Source of the DNA: Raja brachyura
Taxonomy: Eukaryota
Direction of reading: 5' to 3'
Assembly: GCA_963514005.1 (NCBI GenBank)
Contig: OY740786.1
Coordinates: 21,700,001 to 21,764,000, forward strand
Length of the DNA: 64,000 nt
This document shows positions 24,501 to 39,500 of the stretch, piece by piece. The notes under the pieces were generated by a model. That model searched no databases and had not been told where the DNA came from. It saw only the letters and a program-made list of their open reading frames with translations. The position numbers and the translations under genes are program-made. Position 1 is the stretch's first letter, and each line of letters begins with the position of its first letter.

Positions 24501-27500
24501 GCAGATGCTGGTTTATAACAAAGATAGACACAAAGTGCTAGAGTAACTCAGCAGGTCAGGCAACATCTCTGGAGGAAAAGGATGAGTGATATTTCGGGTC
24601 GGGATCTGAAGAAAGGTCCTGACCTGAAACGTCACCCATCCTTTTTCTCCAGAGATGCTGCCTGACACACCTAGTTACTACAGCTCTTTATGGGATTACA
24701 GATGCTGGTTTACAAAAAAACACAAAGTGCTGGAGAAACTCAGTGGGTCAAACAGCATCTCTGGAGTACATGGCTAGGTGACCTTTCAGCCCAGGACCCT
24801 TCTTCAGACTTCTTCCGATCCAAAATATCACATATCCATGTTCTCCAGAGATGCTGCCTGACCCGCTCAGTTACTCCAGCACCTTTTGTCTTTTTTTTCA
24901 CTTACTTAGGAATTGGCTGCTCCTACCAACCTGGTTTGGATCTCTGTGTGACTCCAGTCCCACACCAACATGGATAACCCATAACTGTGGCTACTGACAT
25001 GTTCATTGATGGTATGAGAAGAAACTCAATAGCACCATATTCTGAGAATAAAATAAATAAAACTGCTCCAGTGAAGTTAATACTACTCCAAACTCAAAAG
25101 TGAAAGCTGACCTATACCATGGTGCACCATTGACATTTCTAATAGAGGATGTTTCCACTAGTGGGAGAGTCTAGGACTAGAGGTTATCGGCTCAGAATTA
25201 AAGAATATTTCTTTAGGAAGGAGATAAAGAAGAATTTCTTTGGAGTCCAGAACCAGGGGCCACAGTTTAAGAAAAAGGGGTAAGCCATTTCAAACGGAGA
25301 TGAGGAAAACATTTTCACACAGAGAGTTGTGAGTCTGTGGAGTTCTCTGCCTCAGAGGGCAGTGGAGGCCAGTTCTCTGGATACTTTCAAGAGGGAGCTA
25401 GATAGGTAGGGCTCTTAAAGATAGCAGAGTCAGGTGATATGGGGAGAAGGCAGGAATGGGGTACTGATTGGGGATGATCAGCCATGATCACATTGAATGG
25501 TGGTGCTGACTCGAAGGGCCGAATGGCCTACTGCACCTATTGTCTATTTAGTCAGAGGTGGTGATTCTGTGGCAATCTTTGCCGCAGAAGGCTGTGGAGG
25601 CCACGTCAATGGATATTTTAAAGGCAGAATATAGATAGATTCTTGATTAGTACAGGTGTCAGGGGTTATGGGGACAAGGCAGGAAAACGGGATTAGGAGA
25701 GAGAGATAAATCAGCAAAGATTGAATGGCGGAGTAGACTTGATGGGCCGAATGGCCTAATTCTGCTCCTATCACTAATGCCCTTATGATCTCACTGACCG
25801 CTCACAGCAAGTCTTGTGCAAACTGTTTCCAAAGTAAGTGAATCCATGCATGTGGCAAACAGCCTCGCTGGGATAGAACACAGTTCAGAGTTGGAACTGG
25901 TTGACTCATTGCAATTCTAGAATCCATTCCTTATGTACACTGTAGCTCTGCTGAGAAATGAGAGAGAAACAAATTTTGCTAATTAATATGGTCACATTTT
26001 GAAAGTATGCCATGAGTTGCATTCATATTGGCATCTAATTGGTTACTCTGCTGAATAATCTAATATCCAAGAATTAGAAGGGCACATTTCAAGATGTTTG
26101 TCATTAACCAAATCTTGAAAAAAAACATTCTTGTGGTTAGTGATATAACTCCAGTTTTTAAAAACACATTTCCTGTCAGCGCAGTGGTATTCAAATGTTA
26201 TGTTTGCTGCATGTCACTGTGAGAGGATGTACCAGCGACAGTTCTGAGCCACAACAGCGCTGAAAGGAAACTATGGAAGGAGAGGAAAAACAGGATGGGA
26301 TTGCATAATACTTGGTGAACTCTTGCACAGAGTAACATCAGGAAGTGGTTTGCATTTAATGAAGGAACTATGGGCAATGAGTGAACCAGCACCACGTGCT
26401 TTCCTAACTTAAACAAAAAAATAATGCTGTATTCTGTTGATGTTTGTGGAGGGAATGCTGGACAAGAGCTGAAGAATATTTCCAGTTCTTCATAAGATGA
26501 GAAAATACATTTGCTGGAAAACTTAAACGAAAACATGGAAAGGCACAGCGGTTCGGGCATCCACTGAGGCGAGAGAAATAGAATTAACATTTAACGCGAT
26601 AAGCTCTCAACACAGCAAATGAAAAGTCATCAACCTAATATTTTAGCAGTTCTTCTCTGCACAAATGCTGCCTGATCTGAGGGGTGTATCCAGCATTCTT
26701 TTTTCTACTCCTTGCTCTCTGTCACTAGGTTAACTCTCGCATTCCAGGTTACCAGTAGAAAGCACAATGCATTGGCCTTTCACCCCATCAGCCGTCAAAT
26801 ACAGCATTGCCTTTCACCCCATCAGCCGTCAAATACAGCATCACCTTTCACCCCATCAGCCTTGCATTCCAAACATAATCCTCCGACATTTTCCCACCTC
26901 AACGGGATCCCACCACTAGTCACATCTTCCCATCTGCACCCCTTTCCGCAGAGACTGTTCCCTCTGCAACTCCCTGGTTCACTCATCCCTTCTCACCCAA
27001 ACCACCCCCTTCCCAGGTACTTTCCCCTGCAACCGCTTTAACTCCCCCTCACATTCCCATACTGACTTTTCTGTCCTGGGCCTCCTCCGCAGTTCAGAGT
27101 GAGGCCACACGCAAATTGGAGGAACAGCACCTCATATTTTGCTTGGGCAGCTTACAACCCAGCGGTATGAATTATGATTTCTCTAATTTCAAGTAACCCT
27201 CACATTCCCTCTCTCTCCGTCCCTCCCTCACCCTAGTCGTTCTGCTAGTTTCCCCGTTTGTATCCCTCTGTTATCACCTCTTTCGCAGCCAACAATGAAC
27301 CATTGTGGGCTCCACGTTTCCTTGGTCATCGGTGCCGGCTGTGATATTATGAACGTTTTCATACCTCTAGTTTTCCTCACATCTGACCCTCAGTCTGAAG
27401 AAGGGTCTCCACCCAAAACGTGACCTATTCCTTTTCTCCGAGATGCTGCCTGACCCGCTGAGTTACTCCAACATTTTGTGTCTATCTTCGGTGTAAACCA

Positions 27501-30500
27501 GCATCTGCAGTTCTTTCCTGCACAGCTGCAAATAACTTCTTGCCTTTGATTCAGTGGGGCATGTGGGAAAAGTCAAGTGCTGGAACCAAGCTTAGGAATG
27601 AAAGTGCCTCTGAAGCAGCCGTCAGAAAACATTCTTACCTGATCTCCATCTTCTCCACGTGCTCCTCTTCAACATCGAAGTGTGATTTTCGACTGTAGCT
27701 GCAAGGCTTCGTCACCTGCATTGCAAGAAGTCAGTGAGTTACATGTCCTTCAGTGCACAGGGAGCCCTCAGTGTAAACTATGACAATGGTTAAGATGAGC
27801 ATTACAGCTTGCAATGGCTGCTAATGCCAAAGACTGGAACCCACACCATACCTATAATCACCTGGCCAGATACATATTGGGTACGAGCCTCCATCCTTTG
27901 TAGGGAGAAGGATGCTCAGCACAAACCTGTGTTGTTACATGTAACTGAGCTGGATGGTGGAACAACAGCCAGAATGATCTGATATGCACAGCACAGGCGC
28001 GATGGGTCGAACATCCTCTTTCTGTGCTGATTTTGAGAGTGCAACTCACCTTTCTGCAACTCTCTGTGCGTGCAGCAAGACACTTCCGAGATCTAATGAG
28101 TGAGTTGGAAGTGGGATGATGGAGAGTGAACAGGGGAAACAGTAATGGAGCGGGTGGGATAGAATAAGACACGATAAAGAGTCGGCTAAAAAGACGAGAT
28201 AAAGGAACAGATCGGAATGGAATGAAGAGCAGGAGATGAGGGAGGGGTATGTAGGAGGCAGAAACTGCTGATGAACAGAGAGGTTAAGGAGAAAAATTGA
28301 AGACATGAGAAGCTTTTGAGGGCAATTAGTGAGGGAGGTTGTAGGTACTACAGGCCAAGGGAGATTACACAGAAACCCAAAATCAAAGACAGTTTCCTAT
28401 GTGATAGTTCAGCCAAGTTACACCAAGTTTTACAACCGATTATTTTTGCTGAATGTGAGAAAGAAATGTTATTGTTAGTCTAAGCAGTGGTTTAAGGGGT
28501 TTGACCTGGGAGCTGCAGATCTTCTGTGGGGAGATTATGAGTCTGCACCAGGGACTTACATCATAGTTGCACACTGTCGCAATGGAACATCTGCTCATGA
28601 GATCCGTGTTGGGAAGTGTGCATAGGGAATGTGGCATGGGAGATCTGCAGTAGTGTCCAACCTGGAGCAGTACAGTAGTCTGTACCAGGAGTCAAGAGTG
28701 TTTTATTGTTATATGTCCCAAAACAGAACAATGAAATTCTTACTTGCAGCAGGTATGTGATCAGTCGATACCATAACAAAACACAAAAACTTGCGCAATA
28801 AATGTTAAAAAACAATTTTGTGCAAAACCGAAAAGTCCGGTGCCTAGTGCAATAAAGGCAGTTTTTCTTAGTTGAAGACCGTAGTGTTCAATAGCCTAAT
28901 GGTTGTTGGAAAGAAGCTGTTCCTGGACGTTACAGTTTCCAGCTCTTATACCTTTTTCCCAATGGCAGGAGTGAAATGAGCATGTGGCCAGGATGACGTG
29001 GGTCTTTGATGATGCTGGCTAGCTTTTTGTGGCAGCACCTACTATAGTACCAGTGATGGAGTGGGCAGTGCTCAACACTTTTTGTAATCTCCTTCGTTCC
29101 AGGGCATTCCGACCTGTTGAACCAGGCCAGTGCAGAGCCTTCACAGGAGATTCGCAATGACAGATCCGTGCAGTAAATCTGCACTGGGAGTCTGTGCTGT
29201 ATACATGTACATTATTATGTTGTTTTATTAACATTGCCCTGCACAGCAGATATGCAGAAGTCTGCAATCGAGGCCCGACCAACAAGTCCACATGGGGATC
29301 TTGTGGGATCGGCACAGGGTCCACATTTTTTTTTCGAATAACAATGTCATGATGATTTATTATAAAAATCTAAGCATACATCTTCCTATCATCAGTGCAA
29401 CATTCATACAGATGAACTTGTGCAGAACAATCCTTTGAGAAAAAGTAACTCATATTTTAAACTGTGACTGGTAAATGTAGAAAATTAATTCTCAATAAAG
29501 ATGCTATTTTGCAAAAAGATGGAGCCTGCAGCTCCTCCTTGTGTCCTGTTCGTTAATGTAGAATGCGTTAACTACATCACTGAAGAAAGAGAATTGCACA
29601 ATTGTCATCTAAGTTTTGAATAATTGACCGTACAGTGGAGCCTCATTTATCTGTGCTTCCTTTATCTGCATTTCTCAATTATTCATGGAATTCCAATTAC
29701 AGTTTATGAATTAATCTTTCAAATCATTCTTGATTCAGCTGCGTTTATGAGTGGTTACAGGGTCCACGTTAGGAGGTCTGAACCTCCTGGTGGGGTTTAC
29801 TTCCTTGGCTATCTCTACAGCTGGCTGGTACATTAAGTGGGTGGAAGGGAGAGTGACGCACCCATGTGACAATGATGCCCACTCAGTCTCAAACAGACTG
29901 AAGCAGACTGGCCATTCCCACCACTTGGTCGGGTGAAGAATGGACTTAATTTTCAGATAATTTCTTAAGAACTTACCTCAAAATAGAACATTTCATCAAA
30001 CTGTGGATTGTTTGTCTTTCGTTTTACTTTTGTTTTCTTAACCTCTGACCTAACACCAGAAAACAGAGTCAGATATCTGGTCCATGCACAATATGAAGAC
30101 TTATCCAACAGGAAACAAAGGCAAAAAGGCAGCATCCTGTACAAGATGGAGCCAAGATAAAATCAAAACACCGTGGAGATATTCTGCAGGAACACAAGTT
30201 CATAAATTCTAGGAGCAGAATTAGGCCATTCGGCCCATCAAATATACTCTGCCATTCAATCAGTAGGCTGATCCATCTTTCCCTCTCAACCTGTTGCCTT
30301 CTCCCCATAATCCTTGTCACCCCTGCTAATCAAGAATCTGTGAATCTGACACATAGCATCTTTGGCCAGAGGAAGATTGGATTAATGTCTGCGGATTAAC
30401 TTCCTATCCCAGTGCTTCTCAGGGTTCAGATGTGAACGAACGGGGGTCTATTTTATCCATACGTAAATTACTAGATTAGACATCATATTTTATTCTTCAC

Positions 30501-33500
30501 TGGTCTGTACTTGTCAGTATTTATCTGATCGTATGGGATTCTGGAGCTACAGATTAGAACTACATCCTTCCGTTCAGGTTACAACCCCAGAAATATACCA
30601 CATGTAATAAAGAATAGTGGAAACAAAGAACTGTAGGTGTTGCTTTACAAAAAAAGACATAAAGTGCTGGAATAACACAGAGGGTCAGGCAGCACCCCTG
30701 GAGAACATCAATAGGTGATGTTTCGGGTTGGGACCCTTCTTCAGATAGTCTGCTTTATTTCCATGTCCTCCACATAAATCGTGATAATTAACGATCCTTC
30801 GCCACCTCTCTGATCACCATCATTACTTATGCCATTCCGTTTCTTCTGGTTTCCATCCAAACAGAGAAATCCCCTTTGTTTCCCCTCTTTATGTGCAACT
30901 TAAAGCGTGTTTGATTTCTAACTTCTCCAATGAAAGATCCTGGACATAAAATGTTAGCTGTTTTGCTCCACTCTGCTGGGTATTTCCTACAATCTCCATT
31001 TCTATTTCATTTTTCCAACATCTGCAGTTTTCTCTTTCTGAACAAAACTGACTGCAGTCAGGATAGTATAAGAGACTCACTTTATAAAGATGCAGGGCAG
31101 CCAAATACAGCAGTTACATTATGACTGTTGACATAGCACAAGAAAGCTTAGACATTTTATTCATGTGATATTGACAGTCATTCTTCGTAGAACATGATAT
31201 GTGGTGAAAACCGTGAGAACTGATAACACCAAGAACTGATGCACAGTAAGGTTTGTTACATGGAAATCTATATTGGATGTTCCGGCAGGTACCAAACCTA
31301 TGATAAATAATTGCAACTTAATGGATACCTGGATGGGCTTGACAAGGTAATCGTCGCATATGGATCACATTGGCCGTTGACTATTGGCAGATCTTGGCAC
31401 TCTAAAACACTGGAAAAAGATTTAAAAGAACAAAGTGTTTATTAAAATGAGGCATTTCTTTCTGCTCTTCTTGCTACACAATCTGCCCGTGGTGGGGTTT
31501 GAGATGGAATTAGTCCACCAAACACTGAGAGCATCCTATGCTTCATGCTAAGGTGATGTTCTCAGTGTTCTCCATTCTTCTATGGATATTATTGTTTTCC
31601 TTATTGCACAACATCACCATCAGTCCCCTTTATTAGTATGCCTTTCTCCCTGCCATCCACGTAATCCTGTCTCCTGGGATTTACCGGATCCGATTAACCT
31701 AATACTCCTGTGCATGCCATCCTATATTGGCTCCCAGTTAAGTAATAACTCAATTGTAAACTCTCTAATCCCTCCATCGTCTCACCATCCCATTCTCTGC
31801 GGAAACAAGATGATGTGATGTAACAGCCACTGAAATACGTGACCCAGTGGCACAACTAAACAGACAAATGACACGTGAAGCATGTTGAAAACCAGGGGCT
31901 TGAAGCTTTGATTTGAAACTTAAAACCCCATGGAAATTTCTGAGCAGGAAATCGTTTTATAATTTCCAGTGTCTGTTCAGCAGGAATATATGTACACCTT
32001 TCTCCCACAAAAACAATTTAAAATAGCCTCCATGAACAAGTTAATGCTTGTTGCATATTTTGCTTGCATATACTGTCTTTCAGTTCATAAACACAGTATC
32101 CATTCCCTTTCAGTAATCTGCCAGAGTTCCACATTAGTCAAATAATGCCAAGGCACTTGAATGGAAAGAGACTGGAATATCCTTGCAAAGGAAATCGCGA
32201 CAGAATAACAAAATTGTACTTTTTCTTTATAGACTAACGATAGGTTTGGCATTTTGACAGTGGTTGGTTTTTACATTGTGAGAGCCTGCTCCGTTCAGCG
32301 CTTGACCCACACACTAGTCTTACTTACTCTGTAATAAAAGAAATGTCAGTATTTCCAGACCCTGTGATAGTTCACCACTTCAGAATGTCACAACGTGCTT
32401 CAGCCGCTAAAGTAACTTCAGTGTTCAGTGCCTTACGTTGTGCTTCAATGGGCAAAAGCTGCCATGGACAACAATGTGACAGTGACCTGATAAACAGTGA
32501 CAGCAGTTGCGGGGTGACTATTAACTACGGTGGTGCAGCGATAGAATTGCTACCTTGCAGCGCCAGAGATCCAGGTTTGATCCTGACTGTCTGTACAGAG
32601 TTTGTACGTTCTCCCCATGACCGCGTACGTTTTACCCGTGTGCTCTAGTTTTCTCCCACATTCTAAAGACATACAGGTTTATAGGGCAATTGGATTCGGT
32701 AAGGATAGTAAATTGTCCCTAGTGTGTGGAATAGTGCTAGTACAGGGATCGCTGGTCGGCGTGGACTCGGTGGGCAGAGGCCCTGTTTCCACATTGTATC
32801 TTGAAACTAAACTAAAGTAGTGCTGCAGTGGTATTGATAACAACCTCCCGAGAGAGCAAACACCTCCAAACAACAATGCATCCCATGACGACTGTTTAAG
32901 AGAGAATTTATGTGTTGACCATACCAGCAATAAAAGCAGAACCAGCCATTTCTCTTGTAGTTGAACGTGGGAGTTTGCCCTGTCCAAACTGGACCTGCCT
33001 CTAGAACATTACACTTCAACTGCACTTTAATCAACTGTAAAGCCAGTTCAAATGTCGAATGTTTAATTGTCATGTGCATTGAAAACGGAATAATGAACAT
33101 TTTATTTGAAATTCTTACGGTTCAGTTACTTTGCTGTAAACCTGCCCTAGCTCTTCCTTCACCTCTTCCACAGGCTATTTTCCTTTTCTGCATGGAATCA
33201 CCTTTATAAAGAAGTTTCTTGCTTTCACGCCTCTGTGTCTCAGCCACTCTCTCCTCACCCCTAGTTCACTGCCTATTGTCTGGAAGCACAATGATGTCCC
33301 TCTACACCAGGAGAGTCGGAACCTACTTTTAAACTTGATGCAAATAAATTATGAGTTTGACTTAGAATCTAGCCCAATTTATCAGGTTAGTTTTACGAGT
33401 GGCGAACTTGAGTGAGGGGCAAAGTCGATGACCTTTAACTGAGAAAACACGCTTTCAGAATCAGCAAAAGACAACAAAATATTTCTGAAACCAATGACGA

Positions 33501-36500
33501 TGCTGAATCTTTGACCATGAATACCTAAAGTGGCTGATGAGATTGATTGATTGAAAGATATATAAACCTTTGGCCCACCAAGTCGATGTGATCATCAATC
33601 ACCCGTGCACACTAGTTCTATGTCATCCCACCTTCGTATTCATTCCTTACACATTAAGGACAATTTATAGGGGCCAATTGACCTTCAACGCCTACATGTA
33701 ACATGGACATTGATCAAAGTAATTCTGCTCTGGAATCTCCGGGAAAAAGGAAATAAAATCATTTTGTGACTTAGAGCACTTTCATTTATCAGTTATAAAA
33801 ACTTGGACAGAGTAAGAAGAACTACCAAAACGTGTGAAGCAATCTCGAGGAATACATCTAGTAACAATAATATTGGCTGGTAACAACAACATGCTAAAAA
33901 TTCCATTGCATTGCTTTACAGCAATAAGCAATGACAATTAACACAATAAGGAGTGAAATGAGGTAATGAATGATTGTTTTTAAGAAAATTTGACCATCAT
34001 TCAAATTTGAATAAAATGAAATAAAATTGAAGGAAATTTAAACTTTAAATTGTACTCTCCAGGCAACTAGGTTTTCGCTGGCTTGGGACCATGTACGATG
34101 AGTCTCATACTCACCATCTATCCCCAGTCACATTATCCCAACTCCAGATCCCTGGTTCTCACTCCCAATGACCTGAAGCCCAGGCCTGATTCCCCAATTC
34201 TCCAATCCAATGTTCTAACATCCTCAGATTTCCCCACACCCAAAGCCTCCGGGTCTCCAACTCCATTGCCCAAACCTTCCATCGTCTCCCAGATAGCTCA
34301 AATCCTTCTATTCCAACTCTCGTCTGAATCTTTAATATTCAATCATGGCTATCTCTCCCTAACCCAATTCTCCTTTCATCTCCCCATAACCTCTGATAAC
34401 CGTACTAATCATGCCTTCAAAATATCCATTGACGGCCTCCACAGCCTTGTGTGGCAAAGTATTCCACAGATTCGGCACCCTCTGACTAAAGAAATTCCTC
34501 TTCATCTCCTTCCTAGAGGAATGTCCTTTAATTCTGAGGCTATAACCTCTATTCCTAGACTCTCCCACTAGTGGAAACATCCTCTCCACATCCACTCTAT
34601 CCAAGCCTTTCACTATTCGGTAAGTTTTAACGAGGTTCCCCCCTCATTCTTCTACACTCCAGCGAGTTCAGGCTCAGTGCTGTTAAATGCTCATCATATG
34701 TTAACCCACTCATTCCTGGGATCATGTTTGTAAACCTCCTCCGGACCCTCTCCATGGTCCGCACATCCTTCATCAGATATGGTGCCCAAAATTGCTCACA
34801 ATAACTCCAAATGTGGCCTGACCAGTGCCTTATAGAGCCTCAACCTTACATCCCTGTTTTTGTATTCTAGCTCTCTTGAAATATTTCACTCAATGAAATC
34901 CTACTCTACCCGCTCCCTTTAACTACTTACTCTGTCTAATCCCATTCTCTTCTCACTCTGTACATGCTGACTATTTCTCTTTATCTAGCTACTACCACAC
35001 ACTACTATGAAAAAAAGTGATTGAGCTCTGTAGCAAGAATTGTTTGTTCCAGTCCAAATGTTGTCTCGTTTTGACATTGGCATCATTGGTGCGTGACCTT
35101 TCTAGTGCCAGTCTTATCTTGGGCGTTGTTTTGTAGCAAAATCTAATCTGCCACTAGCTGAAACAAGCCAGAGGTCATTGTGCAGAAAAGATTTATGTTT
35201 GTCTGGGAGGTCAATGCTGGCTCATATTAATCTTCTGGTTTCCAAGGGTTATAAGTTTAGAGTCTGTAAATGGTGCTAAGATGTAGACTATCCATTATCG
35301 AATTATGAATCTAATTTCATACCTTTCTTGGGTTGAATTACCATTGGATCCTATACATTTGGACATATTTTAAGTTCTCTCCATTTCCTTGAGTAGAATC
35401 ATGGGACAATGGAGATCTGAACCATTCATTGTGTACAGTCACTAAATGTCTTCTGGTGATTGAGACCTGTCTGTGGACGGGAATCTGAAGTGATCACTTT
35501 TTGCATTAACAGGTGTTCATCACAGTGTTCTGGACAAGAGAGGTCTCCTGGATTAGCTTCACCTAAAAAAAATCAGATTTATTTTTGTTCTCTGCTTGCA
35601 GGAAAGTTTGCTGTCATGAGGAAAATCTGAGTTTCTTTCCTCAAATGTATGATTCTCCCAGCTGTTTTAAGATGGGAATAGGAATGTTTGTATTGTAATG
35701 TGCAAAGTATTACAGAATGTGGATTCGACCGGATGGAGCAGAAGGTCTTTGCATGCTTGTCATTGTTCTTGAGCTAGAAAGTACATTAGGTCTCGCACTA
35801 ATTGCTCCCTTGAGACAAATTCCACCTTTTCTTTAGCAATGGTGAACGCTAAGATCACACAACAAATCTCACTGTATAGTCTATACAACATGAAAACAAG
35901 ATTAAGGAACAAATAAAATAGTTCTTACCGTGTAGCCAACTTATGGCAAGTGCTCCCACAGTCAGTGATGACTTCACTAAGTCTCAGCTCCAGGTGAACT
36001 TTGCCCTGAAATGGTCATTTACATAATCATAATATAGTAAGTTCTCCAATAAATCTTTTATTTAATGAAAAAACTGAACACTTGCATTTCTATACATATT
36101 ACTTCAGATGTCTTAAACAATTAATGGCCACTGACTTCCATTTTTAATGCAATCATGTAAAGAACATGGTATAAGGCGACGCGGTGGCACAGCAGTAGAG
36201 TTGTTGCCTTACAGTGCCAGACACCTGGGTTCGATCCTGACTACGGGTGCTTGTCTGTACAGAATTTATACGTTCTCCCCAAGACCTGTTTTCACCGGGA
36301 TCTGGATTTTTCCGACATTCTAAAGACGTATAAATTTGTAGGTTAATTGGCTTGTGTAATTGTAAATTGTCTCTAGTGTGTAGGATACCGTTAGTGTGCG
36401 GGGTTCACTGAATGGTGCGGACTCAGTGGCCGAAGTGCCTGTTTCCGCTCTGTATTTCTAAACTAAAACTAAACATTGTAACCAATATGGTCACAGTTAT

Positions 36501-39500
36501 GTTAAGAAATGTTGACTCTAAAATACAAAATGTAAGAATGAATATATGTAGACGCTGTGTTAGGCTCCACACAATAGGATAGCACAGATTTACTGCAGCA
36601 CTGCTCAGCATGAAAAGGTTGTAATATAAAGAAAGACGGAAAAAATTGAAGCCATTTTCGCCAGGTGCTGATTTGATAGTTGAAGGCATGGGATGGAGCA
36701 GACGGAATACTGCTTCCAATCACTGAGACTAGACAAAAAAAATTATACATCGATGGATCAAGGAGATTATTGCATTGAGAATAATGAAATTGGTGGGTGA
36801 ACCTCTGGAGTTAGTGAATCAAAGACCATGTCAACAATTATGAAGACACAAGGAACTGCATATGCTGGTTTACAAACAAAACACACAAAGTGCTGGAGTA
36901 ACTCAGCGGTCAGGCAACATCTCTGGAAGACACGGATATACATGTCTTCCAGAGATGCTGCCTGACCTGCTGAGTTGCACCAGCACTTTGTGTTTTTCTT
37001 TAACAATGATGAATATGTTTGAGAGAAATCTGAAGGAAATTGGCAAGAAAGATTTGTAAATACAGTGGTTGCAGGAGGTAAGGAGAATGTAGGATGAAGG
37101 GCCAACTGCAGCATTGACAGCAGGCCAGGCCAGTAATGGACAACAAATGACCTGCAAGTGGCAAGCCCTATTACTTAGTTAGTTAGTTTATTATTTTATA
37201 ACCATATAACCATATAACACTTACAGCACGGAAACAGGCCTTCTCGGCCCTTCCAGTCCGTGCCGACCATTTATTTTCCCCTAGTCCCATCTACCTGCAC
37301 TCAGACCATACCCCTCCATTCCCTTCCCGTCCATATACCTATTTTGTGACATGTTGTGAAATGCAGTGAAACGCTTTGTTTCGCATCCTACCCAGTCAAA
37401 TTGTACTACACACGAGTGCAATCATGCATAAGTAAAATAGTGAAATGGTTGTGTGGATAAGTCGATCCTCTTCCGGGACAGCAAGCAAAGAGTCGCTGCA
37501 TTTTGGCACCATCTTACTAACTGAATAGGTCAGATTTCCAAGTAAAAGCTTTGAGGAACATAAGACAATAAAGGAAATGAAGACAGAGAGGGTTATGGGG
37601 AACAAGAGAAAGATAAAGAAGGGAGGAGAGGAGTGAAACACGTAGTCAGATGGAGGGCATGAGAAAGAGAGACAGACAGAGGAAGACAATGAAGGAGGGA
37701 ACAAGAAGTGAAGGAAGAAAGGAGAAGTAGAGATGGGAAGTAAGAGAAAAAGAGACATGAGAGAGGAGTGGAAATTAAGTTATGCATTAATTGTGCTGCC
37801 GGTGACTCTGCCTAAGGGCATGCCTGAGACTTCCTTCAACGATGACCACTTCCTGTATACCACGACTGAGAGAGAAGGAAAACTGTGTGATTTGCAAACT
37901 CTCTCAGCCCCAAACCAACCTGTCGCTGGAATGAAAATGACCAGCAAAGTTGGAAGTGTGAGAAGTGGCAGAGAGCACTGTACTTCACATGCTGGATTCC
38001 ATCTTCATATTTAGCAAATCCAAACAATTTTTTCACTGTGGAGGTGAGGGGCCTCTCAAAGTAATCGGTAAAATACTTCCAGCTTTTTGGTCCACAAAAT
38101 ATTCACCTGTGACGAAGGGTGATTTCAGTTGCAGTCAGCCGGCTCCCTTTGTGTGACTTCTTAGCCCAGGGCCAAGCCACAACTGGCTGCGTGACATGTG
38201 GAAATAGTCCAAATGCAAAGGCTGGCCAAATCTGGGATCTAAATCCTGACCTACCAGTCCACAGTGCAGGATGCAAACCTTGCAGGTGCCAGCTCACCTG
38301 ACTGCTGCTCCTGGCAACTCCACAAGCTAATGACTTCTTAAACTCACTTCTGCATGTGGAACATGGATACAATTGGATACTGAGTTGGATGATCAGCCAT
38401 GATCATATTGAATGGCGGTGCAGGCTCGAAGGGCCGAATGGCCTACTCCTGCACCTATTTTCTATGTTTCTATGTAATTCCACCAGTACATTGATGGGGT
38501 GAGATGAGAAAGGACAGGAATAGATAAATGCTACGCATAATCACCATTATGGACCAGATGGGTTAGATTTGTGCTGAATGTTCTGTGTAACCTTGCATCA
38601 GTATTGAGGCTCCACTTCCAGTGTGGTCGTTCTCTGGTGGGAATGCCACCCTGAGAAACAACTGGAGCCCACCTCCACCTGAAGTGGAGAGTATTCCAAA
38701 TCAAGGGGATTACTAAATAATGGGAAACACCAGAGGGAGATTGATGCAATGGAATATTATTTTTTTTCTCTCTCCACAGTGCTTGATTTTTTTGTTTTTA
38801 TTAGAGTGTCAGCAATTTTTTTTAACTTTTCTACTAAATTATGTAGAATTTATCCGCTGTCCCGGAGAACTCTCCAGCTCCTTTCCGAAGATGTGCCACA
38901 AGACCTTTTGTGTCCTTGGTTAATGGGAGGATGGAGAGAATCCGCAATGGGATAGGGTTAAGGTGGTTGGGAAGGGGAGTAATTAATTCATCATGTTACA
39001 CTGTTGAAGTATGAACTTAAAAAGAATTTTCAGCTGTAGTATTGACCATTTAAAAGTATTAAAAATGGCAGCCAATACTTTCTCCCTTCCCTGATGTGGA
39101 AAAAATTCAATGTAAATAGGGAAACTAACAAGTGGACTTAGGTTACACAAAAAGCTGGAGAAACTCAGCGGGTGCAGCAGCATCTAAGGAGCGAAGGAGA
39201 TAGGCAACGTTTCGGGTCGAGACCCTTCTTCTGACTTAGGTGCCTGCTCCAACACCAGTTTGCCCTGACGTAACCTGTGCATTTCTGCTGAGCAGCAAAT
39301 ATAAATAGGCTGTTACCAAACAGGGAAACACTTCAGCGGTGTGACCTGATGCATTAATTACTCCTCTTCCCAACCACCCTAACCCTACCTCATTGCAGAT
39401 TCTCTCCATCTTCCCATTAATCAAGATCATAATAGGTCATGTGGCACATCTTCAGAAAGGAACAGGAGAGTTCTCCAGGTCTCAATGGAAATGTTCTACA

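Noticed and set aside
26776-26860. 34-bp repeats as a CRISPR-like array
   Set aside because: Head-to-tail tandem duplication without unique spacers, in eukaryotic Penelope sequence.
31320-31328. Exon ~6 donor GTATCCAT looks like a U12 (GTATCCTT) donor
   Set aside because: Mismatch at +7 and no TCCTTAAC branch site before the exon ~7 acceptor; treated as U2.
36175-36250. tRNA-like sequences at SINE heads
   Set aside because: They continue into the V-domain and CR1-like tail, so they are SINEs, not tRNA genes.
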